Positions 27,349-40,454 of a DNA stretch of 64,000 nucleotides are shown here, piece by piece (position 1 is the first letter of the stretch; each line of letters begins with the position of its first letter). The DNA comes from Azolla caroliniana. Lineage: Eukaryota; Plantae; Polypodiophyta. The notes beneath the pieces are model-generated. The model worked only from the letters and a program-made list of their open reading frames with translations, had not been told where the DNA came from and did no database searches. The DNA lies in contig JBHGNT010000018.1 of assembly GCA_043228905.1 (NCBI GenBank), positions 5,890,001 through 5,954,000 on the forward strand. The letters run 5' to 3'. Both the position numbers and the translations under genes were made by a program.

Positions 27349-30300
27349 TGTTACGGGCATGAGCATATAATATCTCGTGGTGAGAATTTACCGTAGTATT
27401 ATATACACGTGGATAAGTGTGAGGGTTAAACGAGAGTGTAAAGAAGGGGAGGATTACTTTTAATCCTCGGGATTGAGACAACCCATTAGGTCAAGTGTGA
27501 ACTTGCCTGGGGGCCTTGGGTATCGCTATAAATAAGAGGCCTAGCTACCCTCATTGGAGGATCTTTTGACTACATCGAGACTCTACTCGTGTGGTGGGTC
27601 AACTCTTGTAGCGAGCGTGCCAGCACCAGGTACGACTCGACGCCACGGCGGTGGTATGGGACGCCGATCGAGGCTCGAGTCCGTCTCGATCCCTTCGCTC
27701 GGGGGTGGTCGGGTGGATCGGAACCCTTCTTTCTCTTTCTCCTTTCTATCTTTCATTTCTTTATCCTTATCTTAAGCTTACTTTAGTACCTAGATCTATA
27801 ATATTTGGTATCAGATTTTTGTACTAATGTTTCTTTGTTTTTCATTTGTCTTTTGATTGATGCTGATCGATCGTTGTGCGGTTGGCCTTGATCCAGACAA
27901 CGATCAACAAAGAACTTCGGTAACTCTTTCCATAATTTTTCTTTCTATTCTCTCTTCTCCGATCTAATCATGTGTTTAGTTTATATGTAATTTTTTTCAT
28001 TAAGTTAATGATGTTGTAGTGGTCTTTAATTGATTATCTAAAGCGTTTACATATGTGCACGAGGTCAATACCTCGTTTGACATATTAATAATATGTGATG
28101 AGTGTCGTATGCGTACGAGGTTAATACCTCAATTACGTATTACGTTCACGAACATATGTTACGTTTGCGTATGAGTTGTTGATTTGTTGTAAACGATATG
28201 CGTTTGGTCTCGTATGTGTAAGAGGTCAATACCTCCATTGCGTATTACGATGATCTCTTATTTGGGGATGTTTCGTGTGCGTAGAGGTATATACCTCAAT
28301 TACGTATCTCGATCACATCATTTGTGGCTATTTAATATAACGATATGTTTAATATAGGCATATGTGGTCACATATATACGTATTTGATCGTATATATGTG
28401 AAAAGTAAACATATGTGTATATTCGTTATTACGTGATTATGTCGAAAGTTGTCATGGTCGGGAAAAGGATGTTGGTGGCCGTCCTCACATTTTTGTGAGA
28501 ATGGCGTTGTCACCATCCCTTTTTCAACAATTTTTTATTGTTGATAACCCCGTTGATAACCTCGATTTCGTTACGTAAAGAAACGCCAATGGCCATAATG
28601 ATGTTGAGTACGTAGGGCTTGACCCACTTCAAGTGAGGTCGCTCTAATGACGCACATATCCAACATCCCTCCCTCGTTACATGGATACAATGCCACCATG
28701 AGCTCGTTCTTACGAGAGGCATTCGTAATGACGTGACCATGTGATGGCCCACGTGAGCCTACTACGAAACGAGGGCTCATTTGGCTTGACCATTAGGTTG
28801 CACTTTGGCGTATGCCATCGTAATTACGAGACTTGAGGTTAGGTAACGTACCAACATAGTTTTGGTAAATGAGGGCGAAATAAGGACCCTTGACATATAT
28901 GTTCTTTTAAAAAAAACATATATGATCAATTGCCTCGCATATCTCTTATACGCATAAAACATTAAGCATTCGAGAAGAGCAACTTACTTGGTTGGCTCAA
29001 GTGTTTAATGTATTTGTTCTCGAGGTCTCGAGTTCAAATATGACCAAGACCATACAACATCCTTGATACATATGACTATAACACATGTTTAGACTTAAGG
29101 TCTAAGTGCACCTCGGGGTCCTCGTAATAGGACTTAAAGAGCCGAAACCACATATGTGGGCACCGAAACATAGTTTATTATTAACATTTTTTTCGTGTAT
29201 AAACAATTCATGACGCGAACATACATGGTTGAGCCTCGGGGAGCCACCATGAAAAAATCGATATAGAGATCAAGGAAAGACATTTATTTGTCACCCCCAT
29301 GGTTTTTAAAACACCTTTGTGTTACCATAGTAACCTGATCTTGAACCTCATCTCATACGTCTAGAGGGGTATTGACGTGAGATAATGATATCGATTAATG
29401 CTCGCCCATGATATGTTTACATCACGACATGATGTTATGACTATATCTCTGACCTTGTCCTATTTCTTTTCCAGAAATAATCTTTAATGGCTCAAATTAA
29501 CGACCCGATGTCATCCGCTCAAGCGGAAGGAACTCAAGGGAATCCTCCTGGACAAATGTCCACTGAGATGTATTTGGCACAAATAACCCAATACCTTAGT
29601 TTCACCGCTCAACAGATGACCGAACTTCGGCAATCTCAGAGTGCTCTTGAGGCACGTGTCATTAGTCTACAACGTGAGACTAATAGACCTGATGAGCGAC
29701 AAGGTGAACCATCATTTGTCGTTAAGCCATTTACCGGAGACAAAAAGGAAAGAACCGAAGAAGCAATCTGCACATGGCTGGGACGATGGGAGTCTCATTT
29801 TGAGCTCTATCCCACGCCAGATAGTACGAAGATTGCATATGTCAGCCAAGAACTCGGGGGTAAGGCCGCCGCTTGGTGGCGTGGCCTCCGTACTATGGGG
29901 AAATTGCCCGATACCTGGACAGATTTTGTCACGGTTTTTAAGGGCCAATTTCTGCAACCTCCCTCTCGAACCGAGGCAGCACAAGCTTTAATGAACCTCT
30001 CTAGCAGGAAATTTTCCTCGCTAGAAGACTATGTTCACCATGCTAGAACCCAAATCCAAAAATCGGGTCTAGAAGGGGACAATTGGTTGATAGCTTGTTT
30101 TGTCAATGGCATCCCCAATTCAGACTATCACTGGATAATGCACGATAAGGATCCAAAATCCTTCGAAGAGGCCGTTGAAATAGTTCTTCGCTATCAACGC
30201 ACTTCGAAGAAGGAGCATAACAAACCCAACGAAGCGCCCGGAACTAAGCAGTCGTAATTTGTTGGGAAACGCAAGACACCCAACGAATTCCTGGATCGCG

Positions 30301-33300
30301 ATTGTAAGCGACAACATCCTTTTTGTGTATTCTGCAAAAAGAAGGGTCATACAAAAGATCAATGTCGAAAGCTCCAACGGAAAGAGCACGACAACAAAGC
30401 TAAAGCTGCAGACCATAAAGGTCAGATTCCTAATGTCCTTCAGGTCTATACACATCATTTAAGTAATTGTCATTGTTCTTTCCCTCACTATGTATTGGGT
30501 CCCAATGATTTACTACGTGCAAACGGGTATATCAATGGATCTCCCGTACAATTTTTATTTGATTCGGGAAGCTCACACAATTTTGTGAATGATCGTTTGG
30601 TTCAGATATGGGGAATCCAACCCACCGTAAGTGATCACACCTACACGGTGCACTTGGCTGATGGAAGAGTACAATACATCAACGGGGCGATTCATTCATT
30701 AGGAATTTCTATTGATACTTATATAGAGGAAGTAGACTTCCATGTAATGAATCTTTGTACCACCGATGTAATACTAGGTTATCCCTGGTTTTATAATAAA
30801 AACTCTTCTTTATTTATTGATTGGGTTCGTCATTCCATTTCTTTTGTACTGAACGATTGTACGCATTTTATCCAATGTGTAAAAAAACAATCCCTCTCGA
30901 TTGTTTCCTCGTGTCCATCAATATCCGAGTTGTCTTGTTCTACGTTATTTTATTGTGTACTTGATCCGGACATTCACGTTTACAATATCGATAATGTCCC
31001 GATTCAATTAACATATTTTGAACAACAGCAACTTGATGAAATCTTAAATGATTTTCATGATGTTTTTCCAAGTGAACTACCTGATGGGTTACCTCCTAAA
31101 CGTAATATAGACCATCGTATAGATATTGTACCTGGTGTTGCACCAATAAGTATACCTCTGTATCGCTTAAGTCGATCTGAAGAAGATGAGGTATCTAAGC
31201 AACTCAAGGACTATTTACGAATGGGTTATATACGTTATAGTAAATCTCCATGGGGTGCACCAGTTCTCTTGGTTAAAAAGAAAGAGGGCACATGGCGTAT
31301 GTGTATTAATTACCGACGCTTGAATAAAGTGACGATCAAGAATTCGTACCCATTGCCCCGGGCTGATGATCTAATTGACCGTCTCCAGGGAGCTCGGTAT
31401 TTTACGAAACTTGATCTCCGTACTGGCTACCATCAAATACGAATAAGTGAGGACGATGTTCCTAAAACGGCATTTCATACGCGTTATGGCCATTACGAGT
31501 TTTTGGTTATGCCTTTTGGTTTGACCAATGCTCCAGCTACTTTTCAACAAGAAATGAATGACATTTTCCGAGAACAACTTGGAAAATTTGTCGTTATTTT
31601 CTTGGATGATATTTTAGTTTATAGCCGTACATTACAAGAACATGCTAGACATGTCCGCTTTGTTTTACAAACATTGCGTGACAAACAGTTTTATGCGAAG
31701 ATCTCAAAATGAGAGTTCTTCAAGAAATCAATTACTTATCTAGGACATCTCATAACCGAACGAGGAGTTGAAATTGATCCTTCTCGCATTGAGAAAATCA
31801 AGCTTTGGCCCACTCTTCGGTATATTCGAGAAGTTCGATCATTCCTTGGTTTTGTGGGGTTTTTGTGAAAGTCTCTTCGTAATTACTCCCAATTGACGAC
31901 GCCGTTTACTGATCTTTTAAAAGGTCAAACGCGTAAGTCTACAAAACCTATTGTGTGGAATGCTACACTAGACCTTGCCTTTAAGGAACTCAAGGACCTG
32001 GTTTGCAAGGCTCCTTCACTTCTTTTACCTGATCCTTCAAAACCTTTTGAGGTTGAAACCAATGCAAGCGATTATGCTATAGGTGCTGTCTTGTATCAAG
32101 ATGGTAAACCAATCGCATTCGAGAGTAAAAAACTTGATTCTGCTCAATGTCGGTATACCGTTCAAGAAAAGGAATTATTTGCAGTTATACATGCACTCAA
32201 AACATGGCGCCATTATCTTTATGGAAATCACTTTGTGGTAACTACGGACCACGAGTCCTTGAAATATTTTTGTGACCAACAAGACCTGAAAGGTCGTAAG
32301 GCACGATGGGCTGATCTCATCCAGGACTTTGATTTTTCCATACGGTATCGTAAAGGTTCCATGAACACTGTCGCTGATGCACTAAGTCGCATCCGTGAAG
32401 TTAACACGCTTAACTTCACTGAAATATCATCAGATCTTTATGATCACCTTCGAGGAAAGTATCCTGATGATAGTTATTTCGCAAAATACTGGGCAAGAGT
32501 TGAGTCTGGAACAGACACCACCACATCCTCGAAGGAATACTTCCACATTGCTAACGGTTTTCTCTACCGTAATGGGAAGGTTTGTGTTCTAGATTTACCC
32601 GAGGTCAAAAAGAGGATTCTTTTTTAATGCCATGATGCACCCTCAGCAGGGCACCCTGGAATACATCGTACACTCGTTCTCATCTCCACTCAATTTTATT
32701 GGCCTAAGATGCATCCTGATATACATAGCTATGTGACTAAATGTCACCAGTGTTAGGTTAACAAAGCCGAGCGACTTAAAGCCGCAGGACTTTTACATCC
32801 CTTGGACATTCCCAATAATAAGTGGGAAAGTATATCCATGGATTTTATTGTTAGCCTTCCTCGCACCCAAAAAGTTCATGATGCCATCTGGGTTGTCGTT
32901 GATCGACTAACTAAAATGGCCAGATTTATTGCTACTAAAACCACGGTAACAGCTCCTGAATTGGCTTACCAATTCGTTGATGAGTTATTTCGTTTTTACG
33001 GGTTACCGATGGATATCGTGAGTGACCGAGATCCGAAGTTTACTAGTGACTTCTGGACGCAAGTCTTTAAGAAGTTAGAAACTACGTTGAGCATGAGCTC
33101 CACGGATCATCCTCAATCCGATGGACAGACAGAACGAGTAAATCAAATTATTGAGGACATGCTTCGAGCATACGTTGGTGCAAAACCAACAAAATGGGAA
33201 CGTTATCTCCCAATTTTGGAGTTTGCTTATAACAGCTCCAAGCATACGTCGACGGGATATAGTCCTTTTATGTTGATGTATGGTTTTCAGCCACGAGCCC

Positions 33301-34361
33301 CGATTGATGTTAATATACATCATGATGAGTTGCGAAGTACGCAAAACTTTCTTCGGGATATGCAAGATATGTTGCATATTGCACGAGATAATATAAAAAC
33401 AGCTCAAGATAGAGCGCGTTTTTATGCCGATCATCATAGGCAACCTCGTGTATTCAACCCTGGACAGAAGGTATTTTTACGTGTACCTCAGAATTCTAAG
33501 ACATTGTCTACGGGTAAGTGCGCTAAGTTAGCCCCACGGTTTTGTGGACCTTTTATAGTCCTCAAACGCATTGGGTCATCAGCCTATCGTCTCGCTCGTC
33601 CCGATGGTGTCGGAATTCATCCAGTCTTTCATGTGAGTCGTCTAAAAGAACTTCTAGGTTCTGGCGACAATACAGTTACAACTGAAACTCTGGTTACTTC
33701 TGAAGAATTATCTTCTAAACCACATGTACCAGAAAGAATTCTCGATATTAAAACAAAAAAATTACGTACTAAAGAAATCCGAGAATTTAAAATAAAATGG
33801 ATGGATAAATCAATAAAAGATGCCACATGGGAACGTGAAAATACTCTTAGAACTAACTTCCCTAACTTTCCATTGCAAGAGTGCAATGTTTTAAAGAGGG
33901 GGAGTATGTTACGGGCATGACCATATAGTATCCCGTGGTGAGAATTTACCGTAGTATTATATACACGTGGATAAGTGTGAGGGTTAAACGAGAGTGTAAA
34001 GAAGGGGAGGATTACTTTTAATCCTCGGGATTGAGACAACCCATTAGGTCAAGTGTGAACTTGCCTGGGGGCCTTGGGTATCGCTATAAATAAGAGGCCT
34101 AGCTACCCTCATTGGAGGATCTTTTGACTACATCGAGACTCTACTCGTGTGGTGGGTCAACTCTTGTAGCGAGCGCGCCAGCACCAGGTACGACTCGACG
34201 CCACGACGGTGGTATGGGACGCCGATCGAGGCTCGAGTCCGTCTCGATCCCTTCGCTCGGGGGTGGTCGGGTGGATCGGCACCCTTCTTTCTCTTTCTCC
34301 TTTCTATCTTTCATTTCTTTATCCTTATCTTAAGCTTACTTTAGTACCTAGATCTATAATA
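27349..34361 (+). mobile_element. Full-length Ty3/Gypsy chromovirus (D), nested in Gypsy-C gag
   Basis: 455-bp LTRs at 27349-27803 and 33907-34361 (about 6 differences by eye). TSD CTCTT/CTCTC, iMet PBS TGGTATCAGA at 27806, PPT AAGAGGGGGAG. Confidence 0.96.
29487..33920 (+). pseudogene. Single-frame gag-pol of chromovirus D with several nonsense mutations
   Basis: ORFs 29487, 30495, 31893 and 32802 share one frame. PR (FLFDSGS), RT ([11 protein letters not shown]), INT (ISMDFI), chromodomain (PERILD...IKW...DATWE). Confidence 0.95.
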
Positions 34362-37300
34362 CTCTCGGTGCTTGACCGGACCATTTTGGACACAAGTCGT
34401 GTCCTATTGTTTGTTAAGTCAGTTGACAAGCGGGATCGGGAGCAAGTAGGCCTCCTATTGGAGACTGATGACGAGCTGACGGCCGACTAGGCCGTGGTGA
34501 AGAGGATCTGTGGCCGTTTCGACAAACGATGGGAATGGGTTGACAAAGGATCGACAGGGGCGGGCTCTGTCGCAGCAAGGAAGCTCGAGCCAACACCACC
34601 AACGTGAAGGGAAGAGACCCGAGGTTGGCTCGAGACCGGATCGGCTTCGACCGGCATGGTCAAGGGCTCATCCAGGGGAGCAGCTCTGGAGGAACTGACG
34701 CGGATGGTAAAGGATATCTAGATCGCCCAAGCACGGAGGGATGGTGGCGAACAGGCCCGTGACCGACGTCCTCTGGCTGGAAACAGGTGCATGTGGTGTG
34801 ACGCGGTTGGCCACATCCGGAAGGACTGCGGGGACTTCGCCGAGGCGATGAGAAGCAACGTGGTGCACCTGTGGAACGGTCGGGTGCACACCAACGAGAC
34901 CCGAAGGGCCCTAGACCTGAACGTCGGGCGAGGAGGTATGAAAAGGCTGATGGAGGAGGCGGCGGCACGTCACGCGGAGACCGTCCACTACTCGGCGTCA
35001 GCTGATATTCGGGTCGGAGGTGGCGAGGCCCCAAAGACGAATAAAGCCGGGTTCTGGCCGACGATGCTAGAAGGCCTCGCCGGCGCACGACTAAGGAAAG
35101 AAGAGGCGGACCACGCCGAAAAACGGGTCTGGGAGGTAACCGGCTGGAGTGACCCGGTGGAAGAAAAGACGGGCTTCGTCGAAGCTGCTTGTCAAAACTA
35201 CGAGGCTCTGGTGGAGGACAAGCGGGTAGGAAAAACCGGAGGGGCCCGGCCCTCGCAACGATATGAAACTCGATTCGGGCAAAGGCGGAATGAGTCCGGT
35301 GTAACCAACGCCCAGGATAATTCCAAGAAGGGCGGGTACCGGCTGGGTACAGAAATCGAAAGATCCACGGACCTGCGAAAGGTCCTAGAAGAACGAATCC
35401 TCGACAGCAAGGTGGAACTGTCGCTGAGGGAAGTGCTCGGGATCGCCAAGGAGTTCCACGACTCCATCGTAGACTTGGTGAAGAGGAAGAGGCTGTCGAC
35501 GGAGACAGAACCGGAGAAGCCGGTGGAGGTCCGGACGACGCACATAGAGGACATGGCGTTGGAAGACGAGTTGGCGGAGAGCCACTATTCGAGGCAGCAC
35601 TGGGCCAGGGCGACCACGGAGACCCCCGTGAAGATCGGAGATGTTCATGAACCGGTGGTGGCGTTGGTGGACCACGGTTCAGAAATCAATTTGATGTCCA
35701 TGGACTTCTACAAGAAGGGGAAATGGCCGATCAACACCAAGCACGGGTGGAAAATACGGGCAGCGACGCGTACCACCGAAGAAATGCATGGAGCCTGACC
35801 GAATGTACGAGTAAAGATCGGCAATGTCGATATTGACCAGCACTTCATCGTGCAAGAGACGTCCTCACATCTGGTTATACTAGGAGAACCGTACATCACA
35901 GCAACACGGATGGAGACGAAGGTGCTGGACAACGGCTCGGCCTATGCAAGGTTCAAGAGCTAAGATGGGCGTCACTCGGTCCAGTTCCTGACGGTGAGAC
36001 CGAACCATGAGAGGAACCGCGAGACCCTCGGGGACGAAAGCCGAGAGGATTTTTAGAGAGGGCTATCAAGGCGTGGGGCTGCGATAGTCCGGACACTCCG
36101 GGAAAACCCCACAAGTGTACGATAGCGAAGAAGACCTGTACCATAGGTAGAAAATTTTGGTTCTCCGGCAGCGGAGGTTGTACTATAACCAACGTCAGCG
36201 GCAGGGAGAGGAAGCGAGCGGAGGAGCGGCTCAGGGGATGCGGAGTCCTCTTCCCCGACGAGGGCATCAGCGGCGCCGTGGAGGCGGTCTCTTTTGACGA
36301 CACCTTGGGCGAACTACGAAGGGTGATCGATGAAGACCTTAGAGAAGACCGGACCGTTCCGATAGGATCGATGGGAATGTACGAAGTCATCGCGGACTTC
36401 GGGGAAAGGATCGGGTCGGATCGGACGGCCCGTGTGGATATGAAATACAAGACTGTGGACCAGAAGGTGAGGCCAGTGGCAGCACCCTTGCCGGAGGGCA
36501 ACGAGGAGCGGATGAAAGGGGTCGCGTCGGACCCAAGTTTACGGAATCCGGCTGGCATAGGGCACCGGTTCACCGACATAATGCTACGGGAGCTCAAGGT
36601 CGGTGGGGGCAGCTTCCTACTGCCGGCGGAGGAGGACCGGTTTCGGAGAATGCTCGGAAGGCACGGGAAGGCTTTCGCATTCTCACCGGAGGAGATTGGG
36701 TGCGTAGACCCGACAGTTGTCGAACTAATGGTGATCTTCACGGTACCGCATGTACCGTGGAATCTCAAGCCGATTCCGGTGCCAAGAGCTCACATCCCGA
36801 AGTTGATGGAGCTCCTAAAGCAAAAGGTGGATATGGGCATCCTCGAACCGTCGAGTGCCCCATATTCGAATCGGTGGTTTACGGTGCCGAAGAAGAACGG
36901 CATGCTGCGCTTCATCCAGGACCTACAACCTGTCAACAAGGTGACCATCCATAACGCAAGGATCGGACCGACCATAGACGAGTTCGCGGAGGCCTTTGCT
37001 GGAAGGTCGATCTATTCTGTCGGTGATCTGTACTCGGGCTACGATCAGTTCCAACTAGATGTGGAGAGCAGAGACATTACGACGATGCGGACTCCTCTCG
37101 GCCTGGTGCGGATATGTACCCTGCCACAAGGAGGGACAAACTCAGTGGCTCACATGGTGAACGCCATGAACAAAGTACTCACGGATTGTATCCCGGACAT
37201 CACCATGCCGTTTTTGGACGGATGCCGGAAATTCGTGGCGATGCAGATCGATGACTGCGAGAAGGTGCTGCAGAGGTTAGAGGGCGCGAGGCTCACCTTC

Positions 37301-39072
37301 TCCAGGGAAAAATCGGCCTTCGGGCAATCAAAGATCATGGTCGTCGGACACCTATGCGGATCGTACGGCCGGAAACCGTCTCCGGCTAAGGTAGAAGCCA
37401 TCTCCGCAATGAAGCACGATTGTAGCTCGGCCACGGAGGTTCGGAGGTTCTTGGGAGCATGCGCGTTCTACCACATATGGATCCCGCATTACGCCCACGT
37501 CGCGGAGCCGTTATACGGGTTGCTGAAAAAGGGGCGAAATTTTGAGTGGAGAGACGAGCATACGGAGTCTGTCCGAAAGATGAAGGAAGCACTTGCCGCA
37601 ACTCCGGCGCTCCGAAAGGCTGTCTACGGAAAGGACACTCCAATTTACGTAACAGTAGACACGAGTCCGACCGGGATCGGATGGGTCATCAACCAAGAGG
37701 ACGAGGACGGCATGCGTTTCCCGATCCGGTTCGGCGCGAAGGTCCTCAGCGAGCGACAGCGAGGATACGCCCAGGTTAAACGCGAGCTCTGGGGTGTCGT
37801 TTCTGCGGTAAAGGCCGATAAAGACTACCTGATCGGGACAGAGGTAATTATCGAGACGGACTGCCTGCCAATTCTTGGCATGGTTTCCGGATGCGCGACG
37901 CCGGACCTGGCAATGCTTAGGTGGATAGCATACATCAAGTCCCTAAATCCGGAAATACGACACATTTCCGGGAAAGACAATGCCATGGCCGACATGCTTT
38001 CAAGGGCGAGGTTCGAAAACAAGGGCGCCATGGTTTCGGAGGACGAGGAAGTCGGCATAGACTTCTTCGAGGCGGCTTACGTAACAACCGGCTAGGAATG
38101 CACTTCAACGCTTAACGATTTCGACGAGAGCAAGTACAACGGGGAGTGGCTGCAGATCGGCGGGTTCCTGAAAACAATGACACCAGACGCGGCATGGACA
38201 AAGGATGAGGCCAACTGGATTCGGAAGAAAGCGTATCAATTCTTTCTCCAGGACGGGTACATATGGAAGCACGCGAAGAAGAGGAACGGCATCCCGCTCC
38301 GAGTGGTAGCGAAGAAGGAGGAACAGGAGGATTTGCTGGCGGCGTACCACGATAGTCCTTGGGCTGGACACCGTGGAACGTGGGCCATGTTTGAAAAGCT
38401 AAAGGGGAAGTACTGGTGGCCGGGACTGTACCGGGACGTGCATCAGTTCGTGACGACTTGCGAAAGCTGTCAGGTGCACTCCATGATCCGACACCGAGAC
38501 GAGCTTCACCCGACCTACCCTCTGACCGTCCACTTCAAGTGGATGGTGGATTTGGTGATGATGCCAATGGGGGTAGGACAGATGCGGTATCTGGTGCTGG
38601 CTCAGGAGGATCTAACGAACCAGGTTGAAGGCCGAGCCCTGCAGAACAAGAAGACTGCAGCCGTGTGCCGGTTTTTGATTGAGGACGTGGTATGTCGATA
38701 CGGGTGCGTAGGGAAGATCGTGGCTGACCGTGGTGAGTTGGACGCAAAAGAGGCCGAAGAGCTATTCGACCGCCTAGGAGTCAAACTTTCGCTCACCACA
38801 GCGTACAATCCGAAGGCGAATGGGAAGGTAGAGCGCGGACACAGGCCGATTGTCAAAGCACTTGTACGGGCGTGCGGAGGCCAAGTCGGGAACTGGCCAC
38901 GGCTGCTACCTTATGCCTTGTGGGCGGACCGGACTACGCACAATTCGGTAATCGGGTTCATGTCGGTAGAGCTTATGTTCGGACAGAAGCCGATCATGCC
39001 AACAGAGCGAACGATCTCCTCGTGGGCCACGGTGGACTGGAGGGATGAGATGAGCCGGGAGGAACTGTTGTC
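34362..39072 (+). pseudogene. Gypsy-C gag-PR (to TAG 36056) and pol (RT-RH-INT, -1 frame)
   Basis: CMWCDAVGHIRKDC knuckle; ORFs 34791-35798, 36278-38095 and 38177-39190. The RT catalytic motif is damaged by a deletion (PFLD|GCRK). The INT end is deleted into the LTR. Confidence 0.88.
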
Positions 39073-39596
39073 TGCATACATATATTTATACACGTACGCT
39101 AGCGTTCTTATACTCGATCTCTTGCTCAACTCGTGTCTCCTGTGTTGTTGGGCCGCGTTCCCGTGCGCTTCTTTGTCTATACATGTGTGAGCGTGTCTCT
39201 CTCCCTCCCTTTTTCTCACCTATTCCTCGGTCCAAGACCCCAGTGGTCCCGCCTTGTTCTCCACGCACGCGCGTTACAACGCGACAACGTACTTCTCTTG
39301 TGACAACCACGACAGCTTCTTCGACCGGTCTCGGATGATGTGCATTCCCAATATTTGTCTTGTCGGACCCAAGTCTTTCATTGAGAAGGTCCGGTTCAAG
39401 GCCTTCTTTAGCATCCGAATCTTTCCTTGGTCTCGTCCAATGATCAACATATCATCCACATATAGGAGTATCATGAGATCTCCTCCGTCAAATTTCTTCA
39501 CAAACATGCAGTGATCGTTCTACGTCTTGTGGTACCCTTGGTCGGTCATGAAGCAGTCGAACTTCCAGTACCATTCTCGAGGGGCTTGCTTCAATC

Positions 39597-40450
39597 TGTT
39601 GTCGTGAAGATTTTCGGCAATGGTGTGAAAATTGCGAGGAATGTACAAAATCCAGTGTGGTTCTTCACACAAGACATGAAACAATAATAGTGAAGATACT
39701 ATTTTAGATTAGCTTAATATCTTGGTACGAGAATATGGAGGTCTTCGAGAGCTTCCGAATATACTTTACTACATTTGAAACGGACAACTAAATGTCAAGT
39801 TATGTGAATGTGAAGTTTGAGAAGAAGAGAAAAACAAAACTGTGAGATATCCCACATAGATAGGACAAATCAGGATCCCACAGTATATAACCAAAGTTAG
39901 AACTTATTACTTTTTGTCTATGAGTGGAGCATAGAATGTTCTTGGGCTAAACTGTGGCTTAATTACTCATAACAATTTTGGGTGACCGGATAGCGACGAA
40001 ACCGGCGACGAAACCGTAACCATAACCGGAACCGGAACGGATGGATGGCGACAAAACCGAAACCGAAACGGCGGACGGCGCCGAACCGGGACCGAACGGG
40101 GACGGCGATCGAACCGAGACCGGCACCAGCACCGGAACCAGACCGCATAGAACGGATCACCGGGTCGAATCCAGACCGGATACATGGATCGATCGGATAG
40201 GTCAATCACGACGATTTCGGTGTCAAACGAACAAAATCATCTACACCAAAAAAAAACCTAGTAAAAATTTGTATACAAAGAGACGCAAGCAACGCTTGAA
40301 CCTTGCACCTCTAAGTTAAGAGGCAGTAGACTTATCACTAAGCCAAGTCATTTCTTTAAAAAAAATTCTATCATTATACTTTTCCATTTAAATTCTTATA
40401 TTAGAGCTTGATTGAGTGACATGGTTATCATGCATCACATGTAATGCATG
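39597..40450. other. Unclassified repeat-derived segment with an AACCG-rich block (39985-40205) and an A/B-box-like segment (40285-40350, minus)
   Basis: Abrupt junctions with the Copia RT and with the array; no credible ORF. Confidence 0.45.
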
Positions 40451-40454
40451 AGCG

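Larger units (their letters stand above)
26195..39286 (+). mobile_element. Ty3/Gypsy non-chromovirus with tRNA-Trp PBS (Gypsy-C)
   Basis: 5' LTR 26195-26873 (TGTCG...CGACA), partial 3' LTR ~39073-39286 and a 4-bp TSD ACAT/ACGT. Gag at 26919-27348 and 34362 onward, PR (ALVDHGSE), RT (DLYSGYDQ, LPQG), RH, INT. Confidence 0.9.
24864..39596 (-). mobile_element. Copia-A family element (3' LTR 24864-25378; RT/RH at 25389-26194 and 39287-39596), split by Gypsy-C and 5'-truncated
   Basis: Minus-strand ORFs 25389-26027 and 39274-39507 match Copia-A RT/RH. PPT GTGAAAGGGGAGA abuts the LTR. The sequence rejoins across Gypsy-C at SQEKYV|TKVLQ. Confidence 0.9.

Noticed and set aside
35953-36768. 271-aa antisense ORF and similar antisense ORFs
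   Set aside because: Shadows of GC-rich pol sequence with no recognisable domain.
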